64,000 nt of DNA, taken from the NCBI RefSeq assembly GCF_964355755.1, contig NC_092673.1, positions 13,488,948 through 13,552,947 on the forward strand, given 5' to 3'. The notes under the pieces were generated by a model, which worked only from the letters and a program-made list of their open reading frames with translations, did no database searches and was not told the origin of the DNA. Of the stretch, positions 40,412-53,535 are shown piece after piece. The stretch comes from Antedon mediterranea. Taxonomy: Eukaryota; Animalia; Echinodermata. Made by a program: the position numbers and the translations under genes. Numbering within the stretch: the stretch's first letter is position 1; the number at the start of each line of letters is the position of its first letter.

Positions 40412-41010
40412 TGTGATATAAAGATATACTTTTATATTTAAGAAATTGACCTTTGTATCGGAATTCAAATAGGTTCACAAACTTGACCCAGAAAGTCCAA
40501 AGGAGAGTTTGTCCAGATGTTTTAATGACCATTTAGTTTATAATAGAATCCCTAAAGAAAACACTTAGCTTAATTTTGTGACTTTCCCATCGTTAAACCA
40601 GGAGTGATCGACACTATTTAAGTACAGATTTGACAGTGTCATCCATCACAGAAATACCTTATTATACCGTTAATCACTCCCACTTAAACACCCCTGGATC
40701 AACTTAGGACCAATCGTTACCCTCACAGATGATGTAATGACATTATGCAAATGAACTGAGCCAATATACTCCCAAGTTTCAGAAGGGCCCAGACACACCT
40801 TACAGCCACCTCACGGAGCACACACCTCACAGCAGACCTACACACTTCACACCTCACCGACAGCATCATTGATCCTCCGCGTTCCTTATCTATACTTATA
40901 GTTGTATATTGTACTGAAGTATTATACTGAATAAATAATATATGTGTTACGACAGTCAAGCGAGTTAGAGTCTTTCATTAGTACCTCAACAACCCAAACA
41001 CTATATTACA
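40412..41010 (+). repeat. 3' LTR
   Basis: Copy of 32327-32925, preceded by the PPT and followed by the GGAA TSD. Confidence 0.97.
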
Positions 41011-41444
41011 GGAAAGTTATTGTATAGGAAATAGGCTATTATAACAGTAGAATAATATGATTGTAAAATTAAGATTTAATACGAATTAACATATAAAATG
41101 TAATGTTATCTTTATAGAAAGTGCAAATGAATCATATTAGTTATTATTGGTGAGGTTATTTAAAGGAAAAAATATCCGTGGGGAGGCCTACTTTACCCCC
41201 TTTTATACTACCCTTACAAAAAATGTTCTATCTATAGAAGTTTTAGAATTCTATGTTAATCTATAGAAACAGATAATTTCTATAGAAATGAATTTACAGA
41301 TTCTACCCCTAGAGTTTTATAGAAATTGCTTTATAGAAAATATTGAAATTGCAGAAGAATTGCTATCATTTATTCATAAATCATATATTGTTTGCCAACA
41401 ACAATACTGTATACTGTAAAATTTGCATTATGACTTCAGACTTG

Positions 41445-41532
41445 ACTGGGGTTTACCAAGATGGGTAAGAGTTTTTATGGGTACGGGTTGGTTTGGGTAC
41501 GGGTTGGTTTGGGTACGAGATGACTAGCATCC
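41445..41532. mobile_element. Probable MULE-type terminus with 15-bp subterminal repeats
   Basis: (TGGGTACGGGTTGGTT)n ending GAGATGACTAGCATCC; no partner end found. Confidence 0.4.
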
Positions 41533-42599
41533 ATTCATGAATGCGTCTACAGGCGCGCGTAAGCCTCCTCCTGATCCTAGCTCAGTGTTTACAGTCATGT
41601 CATGCCAAAACTCACTCCAAATAAATGTATTAACAAATAAAAAATCCAAAAACAGTATGAAAACATCATATTAATTTTTAACTTTGTATAATAAAGACAA
41701 AAAAGAATTTTTTGTTTAGTTTTTTGTGGCTTATTTTTACAATTTATTGCCGAAAACACCATTTTCATTGGGCTTTGCCATTGCGCTCCTCATGTTTCAG
41801 ATCTGTCTATCCCTACTCGTCGTGAGAGGCGCCCTATCTCGAGCGGTTCTCTAATTTTTGAGCGAAGTGTAACATCTTCCTACTACACTATCTTTGGTAC
41901 TACAAGTACTTACCTTGGTCTAAACTAAGCAGAAGAAGTTAGCTATATTTAATACTAAATTAATATTGTAATACAGTATTTAGTAATAGTAGGGCTAATG
42001 AAGTAATATTATTTATACTGTCATGAGGAATTGACAAAAATATTTATTTATTTACCATATTCATTTAATGTAATAACAAAAAATACTTTCTTATTAAAGA
42101 ATTAAAATAGGCCTAATAATGTTCTAAATGCATTGTATAATATTAAATGTGTACACTTTCATATATTATTTTTCTATACATTTTTACAACTATTAGGTAT
42201 ATTGTCAAGTTGGTCTTTTGTTTGTATAGAGCAATGAGGAATGGAGGCAATACTTTGATTATCAATTATTTTGATAATTGTATTATTTATAGACACATCC
42301 AAGAAAACAAAATCAGGCTCTGGCGCTATTGATGAATGTGACCCGATTGATACCAAATACGGCTATATGAAATGGATGATCCCTCATACCATCATGGCAA
42401 GGGAGACATGTGGACATTTTCATTGTAATATTTGAATTAACAACTTTGAAGTTTAATCACAAAGGCCAGCCAATAACTTGTTTGGTAATAAGAATTAAAA
42501 AAATGACAAATCAGAGTAAATGTAGTGAATTTTTGTATTTATCAGTTGGTTGGTTTAGGTGCATTCCTTCCTTCCGGAATGTGTCACATAATCCATCTG

Positions 42600-43000
42600 C
42601 TATGGAAGTGCACCTGACTCACTGTTGACATACTCTGCAATATCATCCCGCATTTGTTTCGCTGGCCAATTGCAATTGTTTGAACCTTGTCTGGCAAGGA
42701 TGTGAAAGCAGCTGCCCTCATTTGTAACAATCTGCCTCCATTTACCGTTGCTTTCACCATCACTGTCCGTGAACCGTGGTGGATTATATTGCACTGTGTT
42801 TTCTTTCAGAAGGTAGTTATGTGTGGTGGTCTTAACAATCACCAATGACCAAGCTAGTTTGATCGGCAAGTATATTGCCATGGAAATAAGAGCAATTGCT
42901 CCACAAAAACGAGGACTGGCAATTATGAGGCTGACGAAGGTTTGTATAGACTTTTCAGTTGGTGACATACATTGGCCAGAAAAAAATGATTTGAGCAATT
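42600..43000 (-). pseudogene. Harbinger transposase C-terminal fragment
   Basis: IVKTTTHNYLL...PPRFTDSDGE...GKWRQ...GSNNCNWPAKQMRDDIAEYVNS. Confidence 0.7.
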
Positions 43001-43189
43001 TGCCTTACTATAGCAAGTTTTTAATACTTGTTTTATTTTTATAGAAAATGGAAGACATTAAGAAGGAGTTGGACTGTAAACGGTAGTATTTATTAGGTGG
43101 TTTGACGATTTAAAATGGTATGTTTAGAATAATTAACACACCCGTCGCATTTCCAACAGAATTTGGTATAGCCCAAATCATTTATTTAT

Positions 43190-43450
43190 TTTAGAATTAC
43201 CCCATATAACCCCCAATCAGACAGCCTCGTAGAACGATTTAACAGGACATTAGTGAATATAATTATAATATAATATTAATCTCTAGAGGTCCAGAGTATC
43301 TGGGACGAGTTCCTCTCTTACGCTACGTTTGCATACTGAACCACCCCCCCAGAATCCACAGGGGGAACCCCCAAGCTGAGGCAACGGTACCCGTGGACCT
43401 GATATCTCCAATAATCAAATTCCTGAGGAGGATTTTGTGTCTCATATGAA
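43190..43450 (+). pseudogene. Retroviral-type (Gypsy/Ginger-like) integrase core fragment
   Basis: ITPYNPQSDSLVERFNRTLVNII...WDEFL...FAY...STGGTP. Confidence 0.7.
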
Positions 43451-43473
43451 ACATTGGATGGAATTGGCCAGAG

Positions 43474-43703
43474 GAAATACCTGACAAAATTGAACCTGAA
43501 CCGACGAATTTAAGTAATATGGTGGTACCCGACGAAACTGAACCTGAACCGAACTTAAGTGATATACCTGACGAAATTGAACCTGAACCGAACTTAAGTG
43601 ATATACCTGACAAAATTGAACCTGAACTGAACTTAAGTGATATACCTGATGAAATTAAACCTGAACCGAACTTAAGTGATGATATACCAGTTGAAACTGA
43701 ACC
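43474..43703 (+). repeat. 39-bp coding-type tandem repeat (about 5-6 units, EIEPEPNLSDIPD)
   Basis: CCTGACGAAATTGAACCTGAACCGAACTTAAGTGATATA repeated with variants. Confidence 0.9.
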
Positions 43704-43787
43704 TTTCCCGTTTCCTGGCTAGCAGGAACCAGTTGTACAAGGAATTAGAGACCCCTGCCAAAACGAGGCCGTCTTTCAGATTCAGTA

Positions 43788-43950
43788 TGCTTACCTGTGA
43801 TCATTGTGAGGAGCAATTCAGGACCGCCTCTCCACTTAAACGACACCGACTGGAGAGGCAACCTAAGCGGTTTGAATGCAATTTTTGTGGTGGGAAGTTC
43901 CACACGAAGGCCAACCAAGTCCGACACGAGGAACGAAACCACCACCAACA
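43788..43950 (+). pseudogene. Two C2H2 zinc-finger-like motifs
   Basis: CDHCEEQFRTASPLKRHRLERQ and CNFCGGKFHTKANQVRHEERNH in ORF 43676-43987. Confidence 0.7.
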
Positions 43951-44657
43951 TCGTAGGAAAAAAGTCATATCAGAAGAGAGACTATAAAAATTATAATATG
44001 GAACATTTTTTCAATTGTATATCTAGAGCTAACTGGGATGATGTTTATAGATCTGATGATGTAAATTTTGCATATAATAATTTTTATACAACTTTTGCTA
44101 ATATATGTGATAATAATGATATGATAAAAAAGTATTTAAGGAATAATAAGCCATGGATAACTAGAGCTATTAGAAAGAGTATTAACAAAAAAATATAAAT
44201 TCTAAACTTGTTAAATCTAACTTCAACATAGACATGCACTTAACATAAAAGATATAGAAATGTATTAACAGGCCTTCTTAGAAAGGCTAAAGAAATGTAT
44301 TATGGTGATTTGTTTTAGAATTTGAAATTAAAGAATTATTAAGAAATATAGATATAAAAAAGGCCACTGGACATGACCAGTTATCTGCTAGATTAATTAA
44401 GGATTCATTTATTGTTATTGCAAAGCCATTTAACATATTATTAACTAAGGTTTTTCCTGATGACATGGCACAAGTGACTCCGATTTTTAAAAAGGGTTAA
44501 ATAGCCTAAGCATATCCTTGAAAATTATCGACCGATTTCACTTTTGCCACTATTAAGCAAAGTATTTAAAAGGATTGTGAATAATAGATTGTTAGATTTT
44601 ATAGAAAAAATAATATGTTTTATTGTCATTAATATGGTTTCCGCAAAAAGTATAGTA

Positions 44658-45070
44658 CAGTAGAACCTTCGTTTTACGTACCCAGATTTTACGTTCCCTG
44701 GATTTTACGTACACCTAAAACAACCGATGACGTCATCATTTTCTTACATTGAGGGTGCAATTTAAAAACAACAAAGCATAATAAAAATGGCTGTGTGAGG
44801 AATTCTGCTGTGCGAGACAAGCTACACATGTGCATTCCCCTACAGCAGCGACTGTTTTTATTGATGGAAAATACAAGAACATTGATATTTTAACTAGCTA
44901 GTGACCACCTGCATGCTGTACAGTAGAGTAGGCAAACATGGTAGCCTTTATACAGTAGCTACGATCTGTACGTATTTGGGGTAAATTTAAGGTTAACCTT
45001 GATTTTACGAATCCTGTGTTTTACGTACGCCTTTCGGTCCCGTACCGTACGTAAAATGAAGGTTCCACTG
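44658..45070. mobile_element. Tigger/pogo-type MITE
   Basis: TIR CAGTAGAACCTTCGTTTTACGTAC / GTACGTAAAATGAAGGTTCCACTG with TA on both sides; interrupts the LINE at KKYST. Confidence 0.9.
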
Positions 45071-45121
45071 TACTAAACTTTCTCTAGTTAAGTTAATCAA
45101 ATAATATAATACTTAGATGAG

Positions 45122-45743
45122 ATGAGAGGAGAGTCTTCTCCGACACTATCAAGCAGTGATACGACCAGTTCTCGAATATGCCTGTGCTGTTTGGTCCCCG
45201 AGTTTATCCAAAGCACAATCTGACCAAATCGAACATGTCCAAAGAAGAGCGTGTAACATAATATGCCCCAATGGTACCTCGTATGCTGATACCCGCAGAT
45301 ACCTTAACATCATCACTCTATCTGAACGCCGCGAGAAGTTGTCAAGAAAATTCTTTGATAAAATGAAAAAAGAAGATCATATATTACACTCTCTCTTACC
45401 TAAACCTCCCACACACAACCATCAGCTCCGACGCGTTAGATCGTTCACCCTCCCCAAAGTCCGGACACAACGCACAAAAAACTTCATTACTTTCCACGGA
45501 GTTTTCAATGATTGGTGAATGATCAGTAACTGAGTTATGATAAGCAAATTGTGAACCCCTATTGGTTTGTGTTACTGGATGTACTATGATGGCCATTGAA
45601 AGACTGATTTGTGGACTATGATTTATTTTAGTATTACTTGTTTGGACTGTGTTATACTATGTGTTTACATATTTACTATTATATTTATGTCAACTTCATC
45701 ACTGCTTACTTGATGCAATAAAGGAAATAAATAAATAAATAAA
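45122..45743 (+). mobile_element. 5'-truncated CR1/L2-group LINE 3' end, younger insertion
   Basis: IRPVLEYACAVWSPSL...QIEHVQRRACNII...LSERREKL...RTQRTKNF; AATAAA and a (TAAA)n tail. Confidence 0.85.
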
Positions 45744-47745
45744 AAGTCATTTAGTCAAAGCTTTTGACACCATTGATCATAGTATTCTCTTGTCTAAACT
45801 GGCTCATTATGGAATCAGAGAATTTCCTTTAAATTGGTTTAAAAATTATTTAGAAAATAGGAGACAATATGTTAAACTAGATGGAGTTCGGTCATCATCA
45901 CAACCCAATATGCAGAGTAGGCCCAACTTTATTTCTTCTCTATATAAATGATTTATCACTCTACACCATATTTTAATTATTTGCTGATGACTCAAAATTG
46001 TTTCGTACTTTTCCAGATGATCAAAGAAACATAGATCTTTCAGAAGTCAGTTTGCGATAAATACTTCTAAGACGCATTTTATTTTAACTCAAGGACATGT
46101 GACTCATAATGATAGTATAATTAAAGAGGTAGAATCGGCTTCTTTTGTGGGACTTATTATGGATAAACATTTAATTTTTAATAAACATATTGAACATGTT
46201 AATCATGATCTTACGAAAAAAAATTTAAATTTTGTATAAACTCAGGTTATTTGTTCCCCAGCATATATTATTATTATTATACAAAAACATTTATTCAACT
46301 CATATAATGTACGGTCTTGAAGTTTGGGTATTTACGGTATGTTCAGACTCACAGAGTTACGGTGGAGTTATTTACGCAGAGTACATATTTTTGTGTCTGA
46401 ACCATGCCGCGGATTAGAGTTAGGAGCTGTTACTCCGCGCCAGTGGCGTTAATAACTTTCATAAGGCTTATTCCATTTATGCATCAGTGATTTCAACCTT
46501 CGGTCAACGTCAGCCAATGAAAAGACATAACCGCAATTAGCAGCAGTCTATTCGCGCGTTTTTTTTTTAAATAGCAAAACAATATAGCCTATTTCTCGAG
46601 CTAGCCTACGGTAGATCAACAGTAACATTCGAATTAAAATAAAACATGTTACATGGAAAAATACAGAAGTGGCTGATTTAATTTCATTATGGGGCAGCCC
46701 AGAATTTATAGACAAGATAGAAATTAGAAATTGGAAAGCTAGCGCTGGCAACAAGATAGCTGTTTTTAAAGAAATTGCATCTAAACTGCAAAATCTTGGT
46801 CACAGCCAAAAAGAAGGACATCACGTCTAGATCAAAATAAAAGGCCTCAGAGCTGCATTCAAAACAAACAAGTCAGGTGCTGGGACGGAAGAGATAGAAT
46901 TCGAACATTACGATGCATTGAATGCTATACTGGCGAGGCGTCCCAGTATAAATCCAGCCCCAGTTTCTATTGGGGACTCGTTTGCCCCGAATGAGGTGTG
47001 GATGGCTGGCAAGTGGCGGCCGATGCCTATAGACCTAGGCCAGCTACGACCAACGACAGACAATCCGGTATGTATACAAGGCCTATATTGTGTAGATTAG
47101 ACCTATAGCCTATAGAATATAATTATTGTTAGAAGAATAAAAATGTTTTGGGTGTGTAGAAAGTGATGACCTCGAATTGGACGACCCCAACGACCCGGGC
47201 GACCTCCAGGCTGTGGAGAAAATCGAGCCAGAGAGACACGCGAGGTCTTGGTGTGGTAAACAAATGGTTTATGGTAAGTAGATATAAAACAAAATATTGT
47301 TTATGACAGTTGCAATACTATTTTGTGATACTCATAAAAACAAGAAAATATTATTCAGTGTCTTAAATTGTGTGATAAAATACTCATTATATATATACAG
47401 TTTTATGTAAAATGTCCTTATAAAAAATATATTGTTTTACTTAGGCTTACATGATTGGTACCTGAAGGATGACACAAGCATAGAACTACAAGAAGAGGTT
47501 TCAATGTAAATACTTATTTTTTAAAGTTATTGTTTATGGATAGAAATACAGAATTTGTACCTGAATGTCGTGATTCAACTGTTAAAAATGTAGACCAGCT
47601 GCCCATAATGATACTTTGTTTTTTAGGAACCAAGGCGAGCACCACGTGGGTCAAAGAAAGATAGGACTGTGGATGCACTCAGTAAAAAAATTAAAGAAAA
47701 TTCTGATGTATTATTTTAAAAGTCAAAGAAACTTTCTTTTTTTAT

Positions 47746-47749
<4 letters not shown>

Positions 47750-47785
<36 letters not shown>
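47750..47785. repeat. (AAT)n microsatellite
   Basis: About 12 units. Confidence 0.9.
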
Positions 47786-47786
<1 letters not shown>

Positions 47787-48704
47787 TGTTGCCTTATGCA
47801 TGATGTTTCATGCATATAGAGTTTAGAATAAAGTTATGATTTCTTTTTCTCATTGGTGCTTTCAGAGTGCATATAGAGATTAGAATAAACTTATTATTAT
47901 GTTGGTTTAAACTACTCAGTTTATTGCTATTATTCTTCTAAATAGGTAGTGATCGAGTCTCTCACAATTTCTCCAGATGGTAAAGTAGACAGGTTCCATT
48001 TCTCAAAAAACGGCCTAGAAAACGAATCAAGAAGCATTTTTGGGTAGAAGCTGGGATCCACTTGATTTAGGATATTTCGACCTCGCTGATTACGAATATG
48101 GCGGATCCCAAGCGAAATTCGGCCATCTAAGCCCTTAATTTGCATAATTAAAAATGGCGGCCATTTTTTATAATTACCCTATATCTCGAGAACCACTAGT
48201 CACAGATAATTAATTTTGGTCTCAAATTGTTTTAAATATATGTTTTTATATTCACTTTAATGACACATTTTCTCAAAAGATGGATGCAAGTCTTATTTCT
48301 GACATTTTGACCTTTGACCTTGATTTATCGTATCTCAGTAACCAATAATCTGAGAGACACGAAATAGGGCTCAAATTGTTCAAAAACTATACATTCATAT
48401 TTATTATAATGAAATGTTTTTACAAAAAATGGCCGATTCTACAACTATTGACCTTTGAACTATTAGTCAAATATAATAATATAACTTTGAAAATTGTGGT
48501 CTTATGATTTTTTTTTCTTTTTAAATTGTTTAAAACATGTGTGTTTCTATCCAGTCTAATGGCACATTTTGTACAAGAATGGCCGATAGTATGGTTATTG
48601 ACCTTTAAAATACAGCATAGGCCTACTGTATACTAAATACAGTATAATATAATTGCATAACTATGAAATTATTTATACACAATAATAATTAGTAAAATTA
48701 TAAA

Positions 48705-49260
48705 ATTCACTGCCATCAAATATGATGTATTATGATTTATATAGATTAAAAAAAATTTTGAGCACGCAAGTTACATTTGTTGAAATTCGAAATTTGAAAT
48801 TACCTGCCATCAATATGATGGAGTATGATTATAGATTTTTTTTAATGTGAACATGTCAGCTACATTTGGAAATTACCTGCCATCAATATTATGGATTATG
48901 ATTATAGATTTAAAAAAGAATTTGAACACGTAAGCTACATTTGAAAATTACCTGCCATCAATATGATGGATTATGATTATAGATTTAAAAAAGAATTGTA
49001 ACACGTCAGCTACATTTGGAAATTTGGAAATTACCTGCCATCAATATGATGGATTATGATTGTATAGATTTTTAAAGATGTGAACACGTAAGCTACATTT
49101 GAAAATTACCTGCCATCAATATGATGGATTATGATTATAGATTAAAAAAAGAATTTGAACACGTCAGCTACATTTGGAAATTTGGAAATTACCTGTCATC
49201 AATATGATGGATTATGATTGTATAGGTTTGAAAGAAAATGTGAACACGTAAGCTACATTC
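48705..49260. repeat. ~60-70-bp subterminal tandem repeat of the Academ element (inverted copy at about 50755-51295)
   Basis: AAATTACCTGCCATCAATATGATGGATTATGATTATAGATTT...GAACACGTAAGCTACATTTG, about 8 units per arm. Confidence 0.9.
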
Positions 49261-49816
49261 GGAATGAACATGTTAAGGGCATCAGTTTTGATCATTCATG
49301 CAAAGGTTTCCGTCATCTTTAGCGTTGTTACAGCGACATAAAGCTGTACATGGTAGTTTTGACTTCTTGCACCTACATCTATTGGTTATGCATCGTGTCT
49401 TGCATCCACAATAAATCATCTCTAACGAAGGAGTAGGAATAGCTTCATTTTTCAGAAGCACTGGTTGAAGTTTACCATTAGATAGCTCCCAACCAAAATC
49501 TGTTGGTGATGGCAAATGCTGGATTGGCGATACAGCTTTTTTCCATACGAGTGCTTGGAAGTGTGCTCTTTTTATATGTTGGTGCACTGCATCGCTTGTT
49601 GGAGGTAATGCCTCTGTTTTTTTTTTTTTTAAACATGGCATGCCTAACTTCATTGGTACTTTTAACTTGACCAACACCGTAAACGTAGCAAATGAATCTT
49701 TCCGATTTCATAATAACTTGGTCACTGATAGGTTTTCTCCCAGGTCTTTAATTAGTTCATAATTTTTTTGTAATACTTCCCATGCCGATGCCTTTGAGTG
49801 ACCACTTAGATATGAG

Positions 49817-49871
49817 CAGGGAAGAGTTAAATTACTGTATGTATGTATTAATGTAATTTAACTCTTCCCTG
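49817..49871. mobile_element. 55-bp minimal MITE (hAT- or P-like)
   Basis: Perfect 19-bp TIR CAGGGAAGAGTTAAATTAC; 8-bp TSD GATATGAG/GATATCAG. Removing it restores the Academ frame CDTTSYLSGHSKASAW. Confidence 0.85.
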
Positions 49872-52800
49872 GATATCAGGTAGTATCGCATCTACTAATA
49901 GTGTGGAATGGAATCAGTGCTTTTGCAGAACCATCCGGCAAGGCTTGAAAAATGTCTTTTATAGATACTTTCTTTTTTTGGATGTACCTGTCATCATCCA
50001 TTTGGATACCATGCTTTGGTAGTGAGACACTAGAATCACTAGTACGCCTGTATCCCTAGAAGCAACTACAACTGTGTCGTATCGGACATTGGCAGCATGA
50101 CAAGTCGCGTGTCCGCTTCTTCATGATATCCTACCAGAGACAATGTATTCGTGTAGACTTTTGATGATTTAACAACTGATTCTTCCATAAATCCACCAGC
50201 TGTGACAATTTCTTTGTCTATAGGAGCTTGACGAATTAACTCCTCTGATAGAAATCGTGCCAGATCTGCTTTATTTTCTTGTAATGCCAAAAAGTTCGAC
50301 CAGCAATTTGGCTGGCTGTGTTTTGGTTCATCTTTGTCTGGTGGTGTCCTTTATCGACAGTTTTAAGTTAGGCATGCCATGTTTTAAAAAAAACAAAACC
50401 AGAGGCATACCTCCAACAAGCGATGCAGTGCACCAGCATATAAAAAGAACACACTTCCAATCACTCATATGGAAAAAAGCTGTATCGCCAATCCAGCACT
50501 TGCCATTACCAACAGATTTTGGTTGGGAGCTATCTAATGGTAAACTTCAACCAGCGCTTCTGAAAAATGAAGCTATTCCTACTGCTTCGTTAGAGATGAT
50601 TTATTGTGGATGCAAGACACGATGCATAACCATATAGATGTAGGTGCAAGAAGTCAAAACTATCATGTACAGCTTTATGCTGCTGTAACAACGCTAAAGA
50701 TGACGGAAACCTTTGCATGAATGATCAAAACTGATGCCCTTAACATGTTCATTCCAAATGTAGCTTACGTGTTCACATTTTCTTTCAAACCTATACAATC
50801 ATAATCCATCATATTAATGGCAGGAAATTTCCAAATGTAGCTGACGTGTTCAAATTCTTTTTTAAATCTATAATCATAATCCATCATATTGATGGCAGGT
50901 AATTTTTAAATGTAGCTTACGTGTTCACATCTTTAAAAATCTATAATCATAATCCATCATATTGATGGCAGGTAATTTTCAAATGTACCTAACGTGTTCA
51001 CATTTTCTTTCAAACCTATAGGCCTACAATCATAATCCATCATATATAGCAGGTAATTTCCAAATTTCCAAATCTAGCTGACGTGTTCAAATTCTTTTTT
51101 AAATCTATAATCATAATCCATCATATTGATGGCAGGTAATTTCCAAATGTTGCTGACATGTTCACATCTTTAAAAATCTATAATCATACTCCATCATATT
51201 GATGGCAGGTAATTTCAACAAATGTAACTTGCATGTTCAAATTTTTTTATAAATCTATATAAATCATAATACATCATATTTGATGGCAGTGAATTTTATA
51301 ATTTTACTAATTATTATTGTGTATAAATAATTTCATAGTTATGCAATTATATTATATTTATTATACAGTAGGCCTATGATGTAGTTCAAAGGTCAATAAC
51401 CATACTATCGGCCATTCTTGTACAAAATGTGCCATTAGACAGGATAGAAACACACATGTTTTAAACAATTTAAAAAGAAAAAAAATGTCATAAGACCAAC
51501 ATTTATTTATTTAAAACATGTTGACACCAAAATTAATTATCTGTGACTAGTGGTTCTCGTGATATAGGGTAATTATAAAAAATGGCCGCCATTTTTAATT
51601 ATGCAAATTAAGGGCTTAGATGGCCGAATTTCGCTTGGGATCCGCCATATTCGTAATCAGCGAGGTCGAAATATCCTAAATCAAGTGGATCCCAGCTTCT
51701 ACCCAAAAATGCTTCTTACATCGTATTTCAGAGGAAATAGAACTTGTCTAAAGGAGGATGCCTACATTATTGTTCGTCAGGATCTTGCAAGTAAACTTTG
51801 TTGTATAAATGTCTCGTAAACGGCACATTGTTTTTTTCGCAAACATTGTGCAAAATACAGCATGTCTGTACAATCGGGCGTAGATGGCTTATTTTGTGCT
51901 CATTTTCTTAGAATAATATTCTCCATATTCTATTTAATCGGCCAAAAGCTTTTTCTACAGTCATCCTTGTTGAAAGAGTGCTTAAAATTAAATGATGATT
52001 TTTTTTCCCGTCAAGATTTCCTCTACCAATGTACGGCCTTATTAAATTAGGGAGCAATGGATAGGCTGGGTCGCCTATTATTAAAAGTTGCACATCACTC
52101 CCTTCAATATTTACAGTAGGATTGGGTTTAAATAATGTATTTTCAGCTAGCTTTTGACTTAACGTCGACAAATTGAACATTCTGTTCATAAATTTTCCGT
52201 CTGCGTCTACTAACCCTTGAAGGAGAACAGAGTATGACCATTTATGGTTAAAATAATCCTGAGCATTCTCCTTTGGTGCAAAGATGGTATGCGTGCCATC
52301 TATAGCTCCAGCAACTTGCGGAAAGCCTTTTTCATTTTGAAATTTTCTACCATGCTCTATAGACAAGAAGTTCTTCTACTAGGTACATAAATGTGCCCAT
52401 GTCCATCCTGAAAAAAAATACTATCATATCTAGTATAGTACATTGGAGATTTGTAACAAACAGTCCTGAGACTAGCCTCGCTACCTGGTTGGCCAAACAA
52501 ATACAAAAGACAAGGCTTGTCAAGCTAGCTTGGGGTCTAGCGTCCAGATGGGTTTAGCCCCTACTTGATTAGGTGATTAACGCCGGTGTCCTTTTTATTT
52601 TATAAGCCTAAATATAAATTATTATTATTATTTCTATTGTAGAAAGCCTAGCTGGGCCTAGTTACTAGCCAGGGCATATAGGCTAGCCCTAGGCCCTACT
52701 AGTTACTTGCTTGGGGTGCCTTGCTTTGCGATGTACGTTGTTGGGTGGTACTGTATTTTAAAAAATATCAAAAACCCATCTAAAGTTAGCAAGCCAATCT

Positions 52801-53535
52801 TCATCATCCCAGTGAGCAATGACAATGTTATCCCACCAAAAGGAGCTTCTATTTCCTGGTTTCACCCACCATCGACGAAAACTCTGCCGGTTTTCCACTT
52901 CATAGTGGGAGGCAAAAATAAGCTCCATTCCAGCCTGTTCCTCTTGAATCATATGCCACAAAATGTTTCTTCTCAATTCTTCCTGACGATGTTGGCGTCG
53001 GCGACATGATTTCACAAAATTAATTTCGTGTCTGTGTAATAATTATGTTCAAAATTACATTTGAAAGTAACATTGTATTATATTGCTAGGCCATAGCTAT
53101 TGTTGTAAACTTTCGCACGTGTCACTCTCAGCTCTGTTGTTGTTATTGTGTGTATGTATCCCATCGGCCGCTTCGGTATGACGGAACTTCCGCTTTAAAC
53201 GCAAGAAGTTTGGAATGCTAATCGTTGTGTCTGAACACCTTGACTTTTAACGCCACGAATTACCGTACGCCTTGCGTAGATAACTCCACCGTAACTCTGT
53301 GAGTCTGAACATATCCTTAACCTGTATTTTTTTATCACAAAAGATGGCAGTTAGAACTATAACCTTTAGTAATTATACAGCACACTCATTACCTCTGTTT
53401 GTTAAATTAAATATTTTAAAATTATATAAGCCTTTAATTGGTATTTTATGTATGATTTGATTAATAATAATTTAACACATTCATTTGACCAATACTGTAT
53501 GTTATTACAACATGAATATGGTAGTGGTACTAGAC

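Larger units (their letters stand above)
32327..41010 (+). mobile_element. Full-length Ty3/Gypsy LTR retrotransposon (8684 bp)
   Basis: Two 599-bp LTRs with TG...CA ends; 4-bp TSD GGAA (32323-32326 and 41011-41014); PBS-like TGGTGG at 32926; polypurine tract 40386-40411; gag, then pol in PR-RT-RH-IN order. Confidence 0.98.
47986..51750. mobile_element. AcademX-type DNA transposon derivative with foldback (long inverted repeat) structure
   Basis: TAG...CTA termini (TAGACAGGTTCC / GAACTTGTCTA) and 3-bp TSD AAG. XPG/PIN-like ENKADLARFL...HEEADTRL; LPPTSDAVHQHIKRAHFQ...W...FGW; Cys-rich CGCKTRCITNRCRCKKSKLPCTALCRC. Arms about 48030-49650 and 50365-51716 are inverted copies. Confidence 0.85.
46335..53316. 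mobile_element. PIF/Harbinger transposon with convergent Myb/SANT (+) and transposase (-) pseudogenes
   Basis: ~43-bp TIR TATGTTCAGACTCACAGAGTTACGGTGGAGTTAT(T/C)TACGCA and TTA TSD. Myb VTWKNTEVADLISLWG...VFKEIASKL...FEHYDALNAIL at about 46645-46960. Transposase RRWWVKP...WLANFR, GFPQVAGAIDGTH, IIGDPAYPL, RMTVEKAFGRL at 53015-51751, with its tail IVRDSITTYLEE* at 47985-47930. Confidence 0.92.
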
